Notes: a model not told the origin generated them from the letters alone. A stretch of DNA of 64,000 nt from Candidatus Poribacteria bacterium (GCA_965198235.1 OZ240248.1:4896001-4960000), one strand, 5' to 3'; counted from the first letter of the stretch, positions 8,714 to 19,291 are shown. Translations and numbers: made by a program.

Positions 8714-11700
8714 TTACTTCATTATCAACATCTTTCTCGTAGCCGTGAAATCGCCTGCGGTGAGTGTGTAAAAATAGATACCGCTTGCAACTGACTCACC
8801 CACTTCATTTTTTCCATCCCAGTACGTCGCACGGCTCCGGTACTGATAGATGCCCGCAGCCTGATGTCCGAGTGCTAACGTCCGAACCAGTGCGCCACTC
8901 GCAGCATAGATACGTATCGTGACATCCGCGGGTTTAGCGAGTTGATACGGTATCCATGTCTCGGGGTTGAACGGATTCGGATAGTTGTGAAGTAAAGCCG
9001 TTTCCTCTGGAACGAACAAAACTAAAAGCTGTTCAAGGTTTGCAATCCCTTGTCGGAAGGCGATGGAGCCATCATTTTCAATCTGCGCCTGTGCTATCCA
9101 TGTCTGAATCGCTGTCGAGTCTACTTCCAAACCATCTATGGCAAAACCAGAAGGTGCTGCTGACGCATTTGATTCCCCTAAGTGCTGTGCTACAGCAATT
9201 AGGTCCAAAATACTGACGGTGCGATCACCATTTACGTCAGCCTCGTGGTTGGCAGGCACAGTGGAGCCCAAGTGTTGCGCGACCTGAATTAAATCTAAAA
9301 CATTTACCTGACCATCCTGATTCACATCCCAAGCGGGAAATGCGCTGTCTTCAACAGTAATGATAATTTCAGGAGTGTTTGAAGCGATTACCTCAATCTT
9401 CCTGTTACCGGCCTGGAAGTTGCTAAATGCTACTCGGGTTTCTCCGACAGCCTTCGCTGTGAATGTGACTGATAACAGCGCGCCTGTGCCATTGACACCG
9501 CCGCTGAGTCGCGCGGAACTGAGTGTGGTGATTTTACCCGCTTTATTATCAATTGTGCCTCTCAAAAAGAAGGTGCTTTCGCCTCCTTTTTTCAGAAAAT
9601 CGCCCTCGTTTACCTCAACCGCTTCAAGCACAGCAGGATCAAACGTAATATCGGTTTGCCACCCTGCTAAATCGACAATATCTTCCGCACTGAGACGAAG
9701 AGTAAAGGAACCGCCAGAACGGACAGGCGTTGCATCCGTGGAAAGGACAAACCCAACATCACTCACATCAGAGGTAGATTGTGCTCCGACAGTAATGACG
9801 GTATCAGGAGAACGAGACGAAATAGTCTTACCAGCACTGGAACCCGCATGAAACTCACGCAGTGACACTCGAGTCTTCCCAGCAGCCTTTGCCGTGAATG
9901 TAACCGACAACAACCTACCTTCACCATCTACTCCACCTTGGGAGATTCGTGTTGAGCTTAAACCGGCAATTTTACCCTTTTGATTATTAATCGTTCCTTT
10001 CCGGAAGTGGGTGCGCCCACCTTTCTGTTTCAGGAAGTTGCCTTCGCTCACGTTGTTTGCTTTAAGGATATCCGGGTCAAATATAATATCAGCTTGCCAA
10101 CCCGCTAAGTCGGTCATATTGTCTGCGCTGAGACGGAGGGTGAAGGTATCACCGACTGCAACTTGCGTTGTTCCTATAGACAAGGAGAATCGCTCACTGG
10201 GGGATAATATTGTATATTCTGTACCAGTTTCAAACCCAAAAAAGCCGCTCCAACCTCCCCGCGCTTCGTAAACAGCAATCAGCAAGATATTCGTTCCCTT
10301 TTTCAAAGTAACGGAAAACTGATCCTGGAAATCGTTGGCTCCTCGGTCCACAGGATTGTTGTGCACCAAACTGCCATTGAGCCAAACCTTGACAGCATCA
10401 TCGCTACCGACAAGCATTTTTGTTTTTTGCTCCCGGGGCGAATTCAAACTAACCGAACCGTAAGCAACATGATGATTTACATCGCCTGATCCCAATCCAG
10501 TGGCATTCACCATGTCATTGATGTTATCGCCACCTTCAGCAGAAAGAGTCCCGGCTGTCCAGACTTTATTCCCAACGGGGTTTCCTGCTGTCGCTCCCTG
10601 AGTTGCCATCTTCAATTCTGTTACAGCACCTCCACTCATTTGTGTAAGGAAATCTATCCGAGAACGAGCGGCATCTGCACCGGACCTTCCACCTGTAGGT
10701 GCAATCATCCATAGCCAGGGTCCCACTATTTTCCTCGCCCCTCTTACGAAAGAACCCGAATTACCGACCGTTCGGACAAGAGTCTCTTCAGGCAATCCAT
10801 CTAAAGGTGAAAAGTTGGATATCGCATTGTTGCGAAGGTCAAGGCGTTCCAAGTTTTTCAGCCCCGCAAGGGGCGATACGTTCGATATGACGTTGTTTTC
10901 AAGATATAACTCTTTCAACTTTGTTAACTTCGCAAGCGGTGAGACATCGGATATGAGGTTGGCATCAAGGTTCAGATGTTCCAAGTTTTTTAGGTTTCTC
11001 AGTGGCGACACATCCGATATCACGTTATTCACCAGTGTGAGCCATTGCAGCTGTGTTAATTCCACCAATGGGGAAAGATCTTTAATATTGCAGTCACCAA
11101 TATCCAGTCGTCTCAGTGTTTTTAATCCCTTTAGGGACGGAATCTTTGATACAGACCTATCGTTACCAAATTCTATCCATCGCAGTCTCGGTAACTTTGC
11201 CAAGGAGGAGAAGCTTGAGATGCGAGTGTTCCAAGCGGCTATGCCTTCCAAACTGGTCAGACTCGCAAGCGGCGACACATTCGATACGGGATTGCCTGAG
11301 ATCCCTATCCCATTCAATTTGATTAGCCTTCTCAGTGGCGATAGATCGGTTATCGAATTCTCCTCAAGCCCCAACCAGTCCACGTTGATTAGACCCGCGA
11401 GCGGGGACACGTCAGTGATTCTATTCCCCCGCAACTTGATGTTATTCAGCTGCGTTAATCCCGCCAACGGGGAGAGATCCGATATCGCATTATGACGAAA
11501 CTCTATCCGCTCCAGTCTCGTTGCCGCCTCAAGTCCTGTCAAATTACCAATGTTAGCCTCATCTGCTTCAAGACGCTCCAGCCTTGCCATATCTGCCGCT
11601 GTAATCAAAGTGCCAGCAGGTTTGCCGAGTGCCGCTTCAACCGCAACGCGAAGATTTACGTCCGGGATGGAAACCAGATCGCCAGGTCTCAGGTCATCTA

Positions 11701-13360
11701 CAGGCTTTGGCGGTCTTACGATGTCGTCCGGGGAGTTCAGCGCAGAAATCACTTCAGCAAAGTTAGCTGTCCACGCATCTCGTTTCACGTTACCACTCTC
11801 ACTCTCAAGCGTCCGTAAGCCCAGACGTTGTAAACTCGGCTTTGCACGAATCTTCGCAATGAATGCCTCCGTCTCTAAACCCACGGCAGCAGCAGCATGC
11901 GCCGCATCCACCGGATTTTCAAACGCATTATAGAATCGATACACAGGTTCTATACCACCAAATACTCCTCCCGTGGCTTCAAGCGCACGTCTGTATCGCG
12001 CTGTATCCTTGTCCACACGCGCATCCATCTCCGATTGCTTTACATATAGACTCAATGCCAGCACTTTCGCAGCTCCGTCTGGTGCCTTCATAACAACCGC
12101 ACGCACGTCATCTTCAAACGTCTTCATCCCTTCCGTGTGACAACCAATACATGAGATGCCGTTCCGAACAACCCCATCTCTCTCTCCGGGGTTAGAAACA
12201 ATCCTTGTCGGTGCCTCATCAATGCGGTTACCCGAGGCATCGGAGATATAGTATGCCTGTAAACCGTTGGGGAGATTGAATATAACCTCACCCCCGTCGT
12301 GCCTAAACGTCAGTGGATGTTCAATGATGTTCTGCACACCCAGATTCCCAGCAAAATCGTAGCTTTTCCAATACGCACCATGTTGAAATCTGTGGCGTTC
12401 GACAACCCGATTGTTTTCTGAAACACGCGAATCGTTGAGACCTGCACGCCAGACGCGAATCCCCGCCGCACTTTGGAGATTTCTTGCGACATCTATACCC
12501 AGTTTTCTCTCCAGTTCACGATCGGTTTCTGGGAGAGCCAGAATGTCATGGTAGAGCGGTGGTAGTGAGGCAGTCGCAAGGAACCAGTCAACATGCACGA
12601 ACGGCACATCACAATCCATCTCTTGACGCAGGAACGTCAGCTTTGAAAATAGTCCTGCCTGTGTTTCCGAATCAAACTCAATGCTATAGGGATATTTCTG
12701 TTCAATCTGGGTCCACGCATCATTTTCGACATCCCAATCGTAGCGTCGAAGGTCGATATAGAAAATAGTTTTTCTTCGGTCAATGGGAATTGGCTTGATG
12801 ATTTGCGATCCCCAAGACAGACTGTTTACCAGTTTTGAAAGCGCAATCTCGTAGGCATTGAGTGCCTCTTGACTTTCACCCGCATTATAGAGGTGGGTCG
12901 TCGTAAAATAGCGTGCGTAGGGACGGTTACGCCGTTCGAGATTTTTCAGGTGATTCTGAATGGCACTCAGCATAGCATTCATTGTAATGAAGTTAACATC
13001 CCGTTGGACTTCCCAACTCGGCGCACCTACTTGAATCCATTTACCGATGGTGCCAATGGCTGCGGCTGAAAGTCGCGGTTGACCCAGTGGCATCCGTTTT
13101 GCCGGATCGTTTTCACGCAGGCGCCTATAGAGTTCGGATTCAATAGGTAGTTTTCCCGGAACAACTGCCCCAGTATCAACCAACTGTGATGCCGATTCAA
13201 TGACGAGTTCTTCGGTGAAGGGTCCGTGGGGTCCATGGCAGCCAAGACAACTTCGTTCAAAGATAAGATACGCCTCTTGTGCGAGGTTCTGCTGTGCCTC
13301 AGCGGTTTGATGTCCCAAGATAAAAGTTAATAGGAGGCTAATTTTGGTGAAATTCTTCAT
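8714..13360 (-). CDS. Secreted cytochrome c (CxxCH x2)-LRR-PA14-like-cohesin x2-dockerin-CTD protein, paralog of 545-5110
   Basis: CLGCH and CIGCH; LRRs; GSDDAVKVWLNG; two LAGWQ.DI.FDP cohesins; dockerin; NYPNPFNPETW C-terminal domain; long near-identical DNA blocks shared with 545-5110. Confidence 0.9.
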   Translation of the reverse strand: MKNFTKISLLLTFILGHQTAEAQQNLAQEAYLIFERSCLGCHGPHGPFTEELVIESASQLVDTGAVVPGKLPIESELYRRLRENDPAKRMPLGQPRLSAAAIGTIGKWIQVGAPSWEVQRDVNFITMNAMLSAIQNHLKNLERRNRPYARYFTTTHLYNAGESQEALNAYEIALSKLVNSLSWGSQIIKPIPIDRRKTIFYIDLRRYDWDVENDAWTQIEQKYPYSIEFDSETQAGLFSKLTFLRQEMDCDVPFVHVDWFLATASLPPLYHDILALPETDRELERKLGIDVARNLQSAAGIRVWRAGLNDSRVSENNRVVERHRFQHGAYWKSYDFAGNLGVQNIIEHPLTFRHDGGEVIFNLPNGLQAYYISDASGNRIDEAPTRIVSNPGERDGVVRNGISCIGCHTEGMKTFEDDVRAVVMKAPDGAAKVLALSLYVKQSEMDARVDKDTARYRRALEATGGVFGGIEPVYRFYNAFENPVDAAHAAAAVGLETEAFIAKIRAKPSLQRLGLRTLESESGNVKRDAWTANFAEVISALNSPDDIVRPPKPVDDLRPGDLVSIPDVNLRVAVEAALGKPAGTLITAADMARLERLEADEANIGNLTGLEAATRLERIEFRHNAISDLSPLAGLTQLNNIKLRGNRITDVSPLAGLINVDWLGLEENSITDLSPLRRLIKLNGIGISGNPVSNVSPLASLTSLEGIAAWNTRISSFSSLAKLPRLRWIEFGNDRSVSKIPSLKGLKTLRRLDIGDCNIKDLSPLVELTQLQWLTLVNNVISDVSPLRNLKNLEHLNLDANLISDVSPLAKLTKLKELYLENNVISNVSPLAGLKNLERLDLRNNAISNFSPLDGLPEETLVRTVGNSGSFVRGARKIVGPWLWMIAPTGGRSGADAARSRIDFLTQMSGGAVTELKMATQGATAGNPVGNKVWTAGTLSAEGGDNINDMVNATGLGSGDVNHHVAYGSVSLNSPREQKTKMLVGSDDAVKVWLNGSLVHNNPVDRGANDFQDQFSVTLKKGTNILLIAVYEARGGWSGFFGFETGTEYTILSPSERFSLSIGTTQVAVGDTFTLRLSADNMTDLAGWQADIIFDPDILKANNVSEGNFLKQKGGRTHFRKGTINNQKGKIAGLSSTRISQGGVDGEGRLLSVTFTAKAAGKTRVSLREFHAGSSAGKTISSRSPDTVITVGAQSTSDVSDVGFVLSTDATPVRSGGSFTLRLSAEDIVDLAGWQTDITFDPAVLEAVEVNEGDFLKKGGESTFFLRGTIDNKAGKITTLSSARLSGGVNGTGALLSVTFTAKAVGETRVAFSNFQAGNRKIEVIASNTPEIIITVEDSAFPAWDVNQDGQVNVLDLIQVAQHLGSTVPANHEADVNGDRTVSILDLIAVAQHLGESNASAAPSGFAIDGLEVDSTAIQTWIAQAQIENDGSIAFRQGIANLEQLLVLFVPEETALLHNYPNPFNPETWIPYQLAKPADVTIRIYAASGALVRTLALGHQAAGIYQYRSRATYWDGKNEVGESVASGIYFYTLTAGDFTATRKMLIMK

Positions 13361-13423
13361 GTATTTTTCTTCCTCTTCTTGTAGGAACGAACTATGTTCG
13401 CGATGTCTTTGGGCTGCACTTCC

Positions 13424-15694
13424 TTACTTCATTATCAACATTTTTCGCGTTGCCGTGAAATCGCCAGTGGTGAGTGTATAGAAATAGATGCCACTCGCCA
13501 CCGGTTCACTGAGTTCATTTTTGCCATCCCAATACACCGCACGACTCCGAGACCGATAAAGTCCTGCGGACTGATGTCCGAGATTCAACGTCCGAACCAA
13601 AGTGCCACTCACCCCATAGATACGCAATGTGACTTCGGCGGGTTCGGACAGCTGATACGGTATCCACGTCTCTGGATTGAACGGGTTTGGGTAGTTGGCA
13701 AGCAATTGTGTTTCACGCGGAGTCATCAACGCTAAAAGGCGTTCGAGATTGGCGATACCTTGTTGAAATGCCAGCGAACCATCATCTTCAATCTGTGCCT
13801 GTGCTATCCATCCCTGTATCATCGCTGGATCTAATCTCATATCGCCTATTGCAAGAGCAGAAGGTGCCGCAGAAATCCCACTGAGTTCACCGAGATGCTG
13901 TGCAACAAGGACGAGGTCTGAGATATTACGCCTCCCATCTTTGTTTACATCAGTTCGCGCGTTCGTCGGTCTGGGCTTCCCGAGGTCTTGTCCTACCAGA
14001 ATCAAATCCAGAATGTTTGTCTGTCCATCTCTATTCACATCCCATGCGGGTGTTTTTATTACAATTTTTCTCTCGGGTGGGTTAATCGTATAGTCCGTAT
14101 CTTGTGCGAAACCGAAAAAACCGCTAAAGGCCCCATGCCCCCGATTGTCAACAGCGACCAATAACACGTTTGGTCCCTGCTTCAGCGTGACAGGAAACGC
14201 ATCTTGGTAATCGCCGGCACCGCGAAGCACAGGGTTATAGTGAACCAATTCACCGTTGAGCCAGACTTTTACCTCATCATCGCTCCCGACGAGCATTATT
14301 GTATCCTGCTTGCGCGGAGAATTCAACGTGACAGAGCCGTAGACGACATGGTCATATATCTCAGAACCTGCTCCCCAGCCGAGGGCATCTGTCATTTCGT
14401 TGAGGTTATCCCCACCCGTAGGGGAGAGTCGGTGAGCCCGCCACTTACCGTCTCCGACAGGCTTCCCCTCAGTTGCCCCAAAGGTGGCGACTTTCACCTC
14501 CGTTGCGGCACCACCACTCGCTTTTGCTAACAAATCTGTGTGGTCAAGACGTGATCCTGGGACGATCACCCATAACCACGGTCCTTCTATTTTTGGACCG
14601 GCTTGCGGGAAAGCGGAGTTAATGAAATTCGAGTGCGAGATAGATGTCTTCTCGGAAAATCTTTCAAAACTCGATACATCTGCTATTGCATTGTCGTTGA
14701 GCCCCATCCATGTCAAGTTGGGCAAAGATGCAAGCGAGGATACGTCTGTTATCACATTCTCATTAAGGTCTAACCATGTCAAGTTATTTAGTTGCGCAAG
14801 CGGGGATACTTCCGATATTGTGTTATCGCCCAGTTCTACCCATGTCAGGTTGCTTAACCCTTCAAGAGGCGATAGATCGGATACTTCATTATGTTTAAGA
14901 CTTAGGCGGGTCAAGCCAGTTAAGCCCGTCAACGCTGAGAGGTCTGAGATTTCGTTGCCAACAAGATATAATTCTTTCAAACTTGTTGCACGCGCCAAAG
15001 GGGAGATATCTGATATTTCGCCGCCGCAAACATTTATCTGTCTCAGCTTCGGTAAATCTGCCAAGGCGGAAAGGTTTATTATGGGAGTGCCCCAAGAGTG
15101 ATAATTCTGCAGATTGATTAATCCCGCGAGGGGAGACAGATCTGCCAGCGGATTCTCGGTCAGTGCTATCCATTCGAGTTTTATTAAACCCGCGAGGGGG
15201 GATAAATCGTCTATAGCGTTATGACCGAGATTTGTCCCTCTTAGGTTGATAAGATCTCTGAGTGGGGATAGATCGGATATCAAGTTATGCGGAATATGTA
15301 ACCCATCTAAGTTGATTAAACCTTTAATCGGTGATATATCAGATATTGCATTATCTCCCAATTCTATGACGCGCAGCCTAATCAACCCCGCGAGGGGTGA
15401 TATGTCGGATATCAAATTGTGGTTAAGCCTGAGATCTTCTAAATTGCTTGAGGCTTCAAGTCCTGTCAAATTGCTGATGCTTCTGCCACTTGCATTAAGG
15501 CGGGTTAACCTCTGCATCTCAGTCACTGTAACTCGGGCGTTTGGTGCTTTACCGAGTGCTTCCGCAATTGCGGCACGCAGGTTTGCGTCGGGGATGTTAA
15601 CGGTTTGTGCGGAGGTTGAAAACGGTGTTAAAAAAAGAACCGCGCAAAGTACGAGCGTGCAAACGAAAATGTGTTGTGTCTTGGCTAATTGCAT
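13424..15694 (-). CDS. Secreted LRR-PA14-like-dockerin-CTD protein, paralog of 5810-7924
   Basis: Same architecture as 5810-7924 with extra LRR units; AGGAG RBS. Confidence 0.9.
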   Translation of the reverse strand: MQLAKTQHIFVCTLVLCAVLFLTPFSTSAQTVNIPDANLRAAIAEALGKAPNARVTVTEMQRLTRLNASGRSISNLTGLEASSNLEDLRLNHNLISDISPLAGLIRLRVIELGDNAISDISPIKGLINLDGLHIPHNLISDLSPLRDLINLRGTNLGHNAIDDLSPLAGLIKLEWIALTENPLADLSPLAGLINLQNYHSWGTPIINLSALADLPKLRQINVCGGEISDISPLARATSLKELYLVGNEISDLSALTGLTGLTRLSLKHNEVSDLSPLEGLSNLTWVELGDNTISEVSPLAQLNNLTWLDLNENVITDVSSLASLPNLTWMGLNDNAIADVSSFERFSEKTSISHSNFINSAFPQAGPKIEGPWLWVIVPGSRLDHTDLLAKASGGAATEVKVATFGATEGKPVGDGKWRAHRLSPTGGDNLNEMTDALGWGAGSEIYDHVVYGSVTLNSPRKQDTIMLVGSDDEVKVWLNGELVHYNPVLRGAGDYQDAFPVTLKQGPNVLLVAVDNRGHGAFSGFFGFAQDTDYTINPPERKIVIKTPAWDVNRDGQTNILDLILVGQDLGKPRPTNARTDVNKDGRRNISDLVLVAQHLGELSGISAAPSALAIGDMRLDPAMIQGWIAQAQIEDDGSLAFQQGIANLERLLALMTPRETQLLANYPNPFNPETWIPYQLSEPAEVTLRIYGVSGTLVRTLNLGHQSAGLYRSRSRAVYWDGKNELSEPVASGIYFYTLTTGDFTATRKMLIMK

Positions 15695-15841
15695 TCAGGT
15701 TTATCTCCTTTTCTACTGAGGGTACACTTCATCAGTACTCTGTTTCAACACTAAAAGTGGATGGGATTTTAATGAGTTCTTTTAACATAAGATAACTTAA
15801 GATATGGGTTAAGGTCAACATCTTTTATTATTGTTGTTTTA

Positions 15842-16393
15842 AACGTGAGCTTGATAAAAAGTCTTGTAGGTGTTTTTGCTTGGGTGTTTCCCCCAGGTTG
15901 AACGGGAATCAAGTAAAACGTGGATAGAAAAGACACCGATCAAGTTCAGTAGGAAACCTGAAGCCACTAAAGAACGAGTGAAACCCAACGCTTTTTACTT
16001 CCAACACGATGCGTCTGTTGGGTTTCGCTATATCACTCTCTATCAACGATTCGCAGAAAGGCGTAATTTCCTGTATAAACGCAAGGGGTTTACCGCTCAA
16101 CCCAACCTACGGAAACCATATTCAGATTTTTAATTATCAAACTCACATTTTTAACGTGGGTTCGACATAAGAAATTGCTTCATCATGTAGGTTCAAACGA
16201 AAGTGAGACACAACACCAAAACGCATACTGCGGGAGTATATCTGTCATCAAATCGGCGATAGATGTAATACGTCGTGTCGAATTTCTCTAAATCTTTAAG
16301 TCGAACTCACGTTATTAAAGACACAATTTTTAGGCGAAACGTTACATCACCTGAAAAAAAGGATTTTATCAGATTTTTTATCGAACTCACGTT
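15842..16393. repeat. Cluster of MITE-like elements with AACGTGAGTTCGA...TCGAACTCACGTT terminal inverted repeats enclosing REP-like hairpins
   Basis: TIR copies at about 15842, 16138-16150, 16153, 16301-16313 and 16381-16393; internal GTAGGTTG...CCCAACCTAC and GAAACCCAAC/GTTGGGTTTC inverted pairs. Confidence 0.7.
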
Positions 16394-16570
16394 ATTTTAA
16401 TTTCTATTTTTTGTTTTTAATTTGACAAAATTTTGGATATTTTTGATAATAATTGAAGGTATATTGTGTAACAGAAGTTTAAGGCACAGATACTTCTGTC
16501 TCAAAAATTTTAACCTCCAAATATAAAAAAGGAGGTTCGGTTTGGTTATTCGCAACGCAAAGGACAGAAT

Positions 16571-17356
16571 ATGTTAGGGGCAATTATCGGGGATATTGTC
16601 GGTTCGATCTATGAGCCTAAAGATCGCCGGATTAAAACCAAAGATTTCCCTTTTTTCGGTGAGGACTGCCGTTTCACAGATGATTCGGTTTGCACGACTG
16701 CTGTCGCTGATACTCTCTTACACAATCTCCCGGCAGCGGGGACGATGCGGAAGTGGGGGAAACGGTATCCGAAGTGCGGTTTCAGCCAAATATTTAAAAA
16801 CTGGATCTATTCCGAGGCGGATGCACCCAACTGCACTTTCCGTAACGGCGCGGCGATGCGCGTTTCACCCGCGGCATTTCTGAACCGAGACGATTTGGGG
16901 GCAGCACTCGTCGCTGCTGACAAAGTGACCGTTATCAGCCATGACCATCCTGAAGGCATAAGAGGTGCTCGGGCGACAACTCACGCCATCTGGCTCGCCT
17001 TCCGAGGCGAAAGTCCTACAAGTATCCGCGAGGTTATCGCTGCCGAATACGGCTACGATTTGACAAGGACGGTGGACGACATCCGTCCCAGTTATGCTTT
17101 CGATATGACGTGCCAAGGCACAGTCCCACAGGCGGTTACGTGTGCTTTGGAATCAGAAAATTATGAAGATGCCGTGCGTAACGCTGTATCTCTCGGTGGA
17201 GACTCCGATACTCTTGGTTCGATTGCCGGTGCTGTCGCAGAAGCACTGCACGGTATTCCAAACGATATTAAAGAAGAAGCAAAGGTCGGCTATCTCGCCA
17301 AGGCACCTGACATTCTTGAAGTAATCTCGGAGATGTATCGAACATCAGACGGTTAA
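16571..17356 (+). CDS. ADP-ribosylglycohydrolase family protein
   Basis: MLGAIIGDIVGS, FTDDS, NGAAMRVSP, GGDSDT motifs. Confidence 0.95.
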   Translation: MLGAIIGDIVGSIYEPKDRRIKTKDFPFFGEDCRFTDDSVCTTAVADTLLHNLPAAGTMRKWGKRYPKCGFSQIFKNWIYSEADAPNCTFRNGAAMRVSPAAFLNRDDLGAALVAADKVTVISHDHPEGIRGARATTHAIWLAFRGESPTSIREVIAAEYGYDLTRTVDDIRPSYAFDMTCQGTVPQAVTCALESENYEDAVRNAVSLGGDSDTLGSIAGAVAEALHGIPNDIKEEAKVGYLAKAPDILEVISEMYRTSDG

Positions 17357-17381
17357 ATCTGTAGAAGCGCGTACACACTTT

Positions 17382-19115
17382 ATGGAGGCACTCGCGTTTA
17401 ATACCACTTTGAAGCGTGATAGGTTTTACCACTGCCGTGTTTTAGAATGTGGTCAGCCGATTGCGATTATAACCTGTTTCATTCTGTTACTCCTCCTCAT
17501 CTCGCTTCCCGTACTATCAATAGAACCCTCTATCCATTTCACAGATGTTACCGATATAGCCGGCATCCATTTTACGCACGCCAATGGTGCAACAGGTGAG
17601 TTTCATCTGCCGGAGACACTCGGTGCTGGTGGGGCGTTCCTTGATTATAATAACGATGGCTACTTGGATCTTTACCTCGTCAATAGTGCTGCGCCAAGTG
17701 TGCTTTTCCGAAATAACGGTGATGGCACTTTCACAGATGTTACTGAGTCTGCTAAAGTCGACAATCAAGGGAGTTATGGACACGGCGTTGCGTGTGGGGA
17801 TTACGACAATGACGGTTACGTGGACATTTATGTAACCAATTTCGGTACGAACCGGCTCTATCATAACAACGGCGACGGGACGTTCACCGATGTTACGACT
17901 CAGGCAAATGTAGGCGATACCCGTTGGAGTAGTAGCGCGACTTTTTTCGATTACGACAGCGATGGCTACCTCGATCTCTACGTTGTTAACTACGTCAACT
18001 ATAGGTTAGATGCTTCCGCTCCTATCTGTTTTGAGAGTCCAGCTTTTGGGGCAACCGAGAAGGTTCGCGGTTACTGTCACCCAAAGCACTTTGAAGGCGC
18101 ACCCGATAGACTCTACCGAAACAACGGCGATGGCACCTTTACCGATGCTACAGATGCCGCCAACATTCGGGATCCGGGTGGAATGTTTCTCGGCAAAGGA
18201 TTAGGTGTTGTTGCCGCAGATTTTGATGCCGATGGCAATCCCGACATTTACGTCGCCAACGATGACACGCCAAATTATCTCTTCTATAACAAAGGCGATG
18301 GGACGTTCGCTGAAATCGCTATCCTCACAGGTTGTGCCTACAGCGCGGATGGCATAGCCCAAGCCGGTATGGGTGTTGACGCGGGGGATTATAACGGCGA
18401 TGGTTTTCTTGATCTCTTCGTCACCAATTTTTCCTACGAGACAAACACCCTTTATCGGAATAACGGAGACGGCACTTTCACCGATGTCAGTTATAAAGCG
18501 CGGCTTGGTGAAGAGAGTTATCTCTTTTTAGGATTCGGTACCGGATTCTTCGACCCTGATAACAATGGATCCCTTGATATTTTTGTCGCGAATGGACATA
18601 TTTTTCCAAATGTTGAGCGGACCACAGATGTCCTCTCATACAAACAACCGAATCAGCTCTACTGGAATCAAGACGATGGCACGTTTATCGAGATGCGATT
18701 TGAGGGTCAACGTGCTGTCAGCCGCGGGACCCTTTTCGGCGATTATGACAACGATGGTGACACAGACCTTTTTGTCACGCAGTTGAATGACAAGGTGACG
18801 CTCCTCCGAAATGAGAACCGCACTTCCAACAACTGGCTGCGTCTCAAACTGATCGGCACCCGAAGCAATCGCGATAGTATCGGCACACGTGTTACATTGA
18901 CACTCGGTGCTGAATCCCAAACGCGTGAAGTTCACCGAGGATACAGTTATCTCAGTAGCCATGATCCAAGGCTGCTCTTCGGGCTTGGAGAGCGAACCGT
19001 TGTGGATAAACTTCAGATCCACTGGCAAAGTGGTGTTGTGCAGATATTGGAAAACCTCGCGGCGAATCAAGAACTTGTAGTGACCGAACCTCTTTCAGAA
19101 TTAAGAGTAAAATAA
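17382..19115 (+). CDS. CRTAC1 family protein (FG-GAP repeats + ASPIC/UnbV)
   Basis: Repeated DYDNDG.DLYV / LYRNNGDGTFTDVT; C-terminal SYLSSHDPRLLFGLG; start codon uncertain. Confidence 0.9.
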   Translation: MEALAFNTTLKRDRFYHCRVLECGQPIAIITCFILLLLLISLPVLSIEPSIHFTDVTDIAGIHFTHANGATGEFHLPETLGAGGAFLDYNNDGYLDLYLVNSAAPSVLFRNNGDGTFTDVTESAKVDNQGSYGHGVACGDYDNDGYVDIYVTNFGTNRLYHNNGDGTFTDVTTQANVGDTRWSSSATFFDYDSDGYLDLYVVNYVNYRLDASAPICFESPAFGATEKVRGYCHPKHFEGAPDRLYRNNGDGTFTDATDAANIRDPGGMFLGKGLGVVAADFDADGNPDIYVANDDTPNYLFYNKGDGTFAEIAILTGCAYSADGIAQAGMGVDAGDYNGDGFLDLFVTNFSYETNTLYRNNGDGTFTDVSYKARLGEESYLFLGFGTGFFDPDNNGSLDIFVANGHIFPNVERTTDVLSYKQPNQLYWNQDDGTFIEMRFEGQRAVSRGTLFGDYDNDGDTDLFVTQLNDKVTLLRNENRTSNNWLRLKLIGTRSNRDSIGTRVTLTLGAESQTREVHRGYSYLSSHDPRLLFGLGERTVVDKLQIHWQSGVVQILENLAANQELVVTEPLSELRVK

Positions 19116-19176
19116 CCTTGTAAATCCTCAAACCCAGTCGAGAATTAACCAGAAACCTGCCCGAAACGTTTCTCTA

Positions 19177-19226
19177 ATTATGGGACTCCGGGCATCGCTC
19201 CACTCCGTTTCGCGATGGTTTTCGGC
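19177..19226 (+). repeat. Dispersed ~50-bp repeat (ATGGGNCTCC...CTCCACTCCGTTTCG...GG), also at about 29745-29795 and 30613-30665
   Basis: Three similar copies seen by eye, plus an inverted partial copy (TTAACCAGAAACCTGCCCGAAACG) at about 19145-19168. Confidence 0.6.
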
Positions 19227-19291
19227 ACAATTCACACTGGAACTTTGATTTACTGATTACTGATTGCTATTCTAAGATTTTAGCCCCAGCG

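Noticed and set aside
545-9110. Near-identical 3' ends as a possible diversity-generating retroelement TR/VR pair
   Set aside because: Both copies are coding C-terminal domains, differences do not appear adenine-specific, and no reverse transcriptase is in the window
2600-15450. Regularly spaced ~66-bp DNA repeats resembling a CRISPR array
   Set aside because: They are in-frame 22-aa LRR units inside genes; no constant repeat with unique spacers and no cas genes
2697-15719. Long + strand ORFs (e.g. 2697-3674, 10815-11495, 14484-15101) with GDTSD-like repeats
   Set aside because: Antisense shadows of the LRR codon periodicity; no RBS or independent motifs
16571-17356. ADP-ribosylglycohydrolase as part of a defence or toxin system
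   Set aside because: No ADP-ribosyltransferase, macrodomain or toxin partner adjacent
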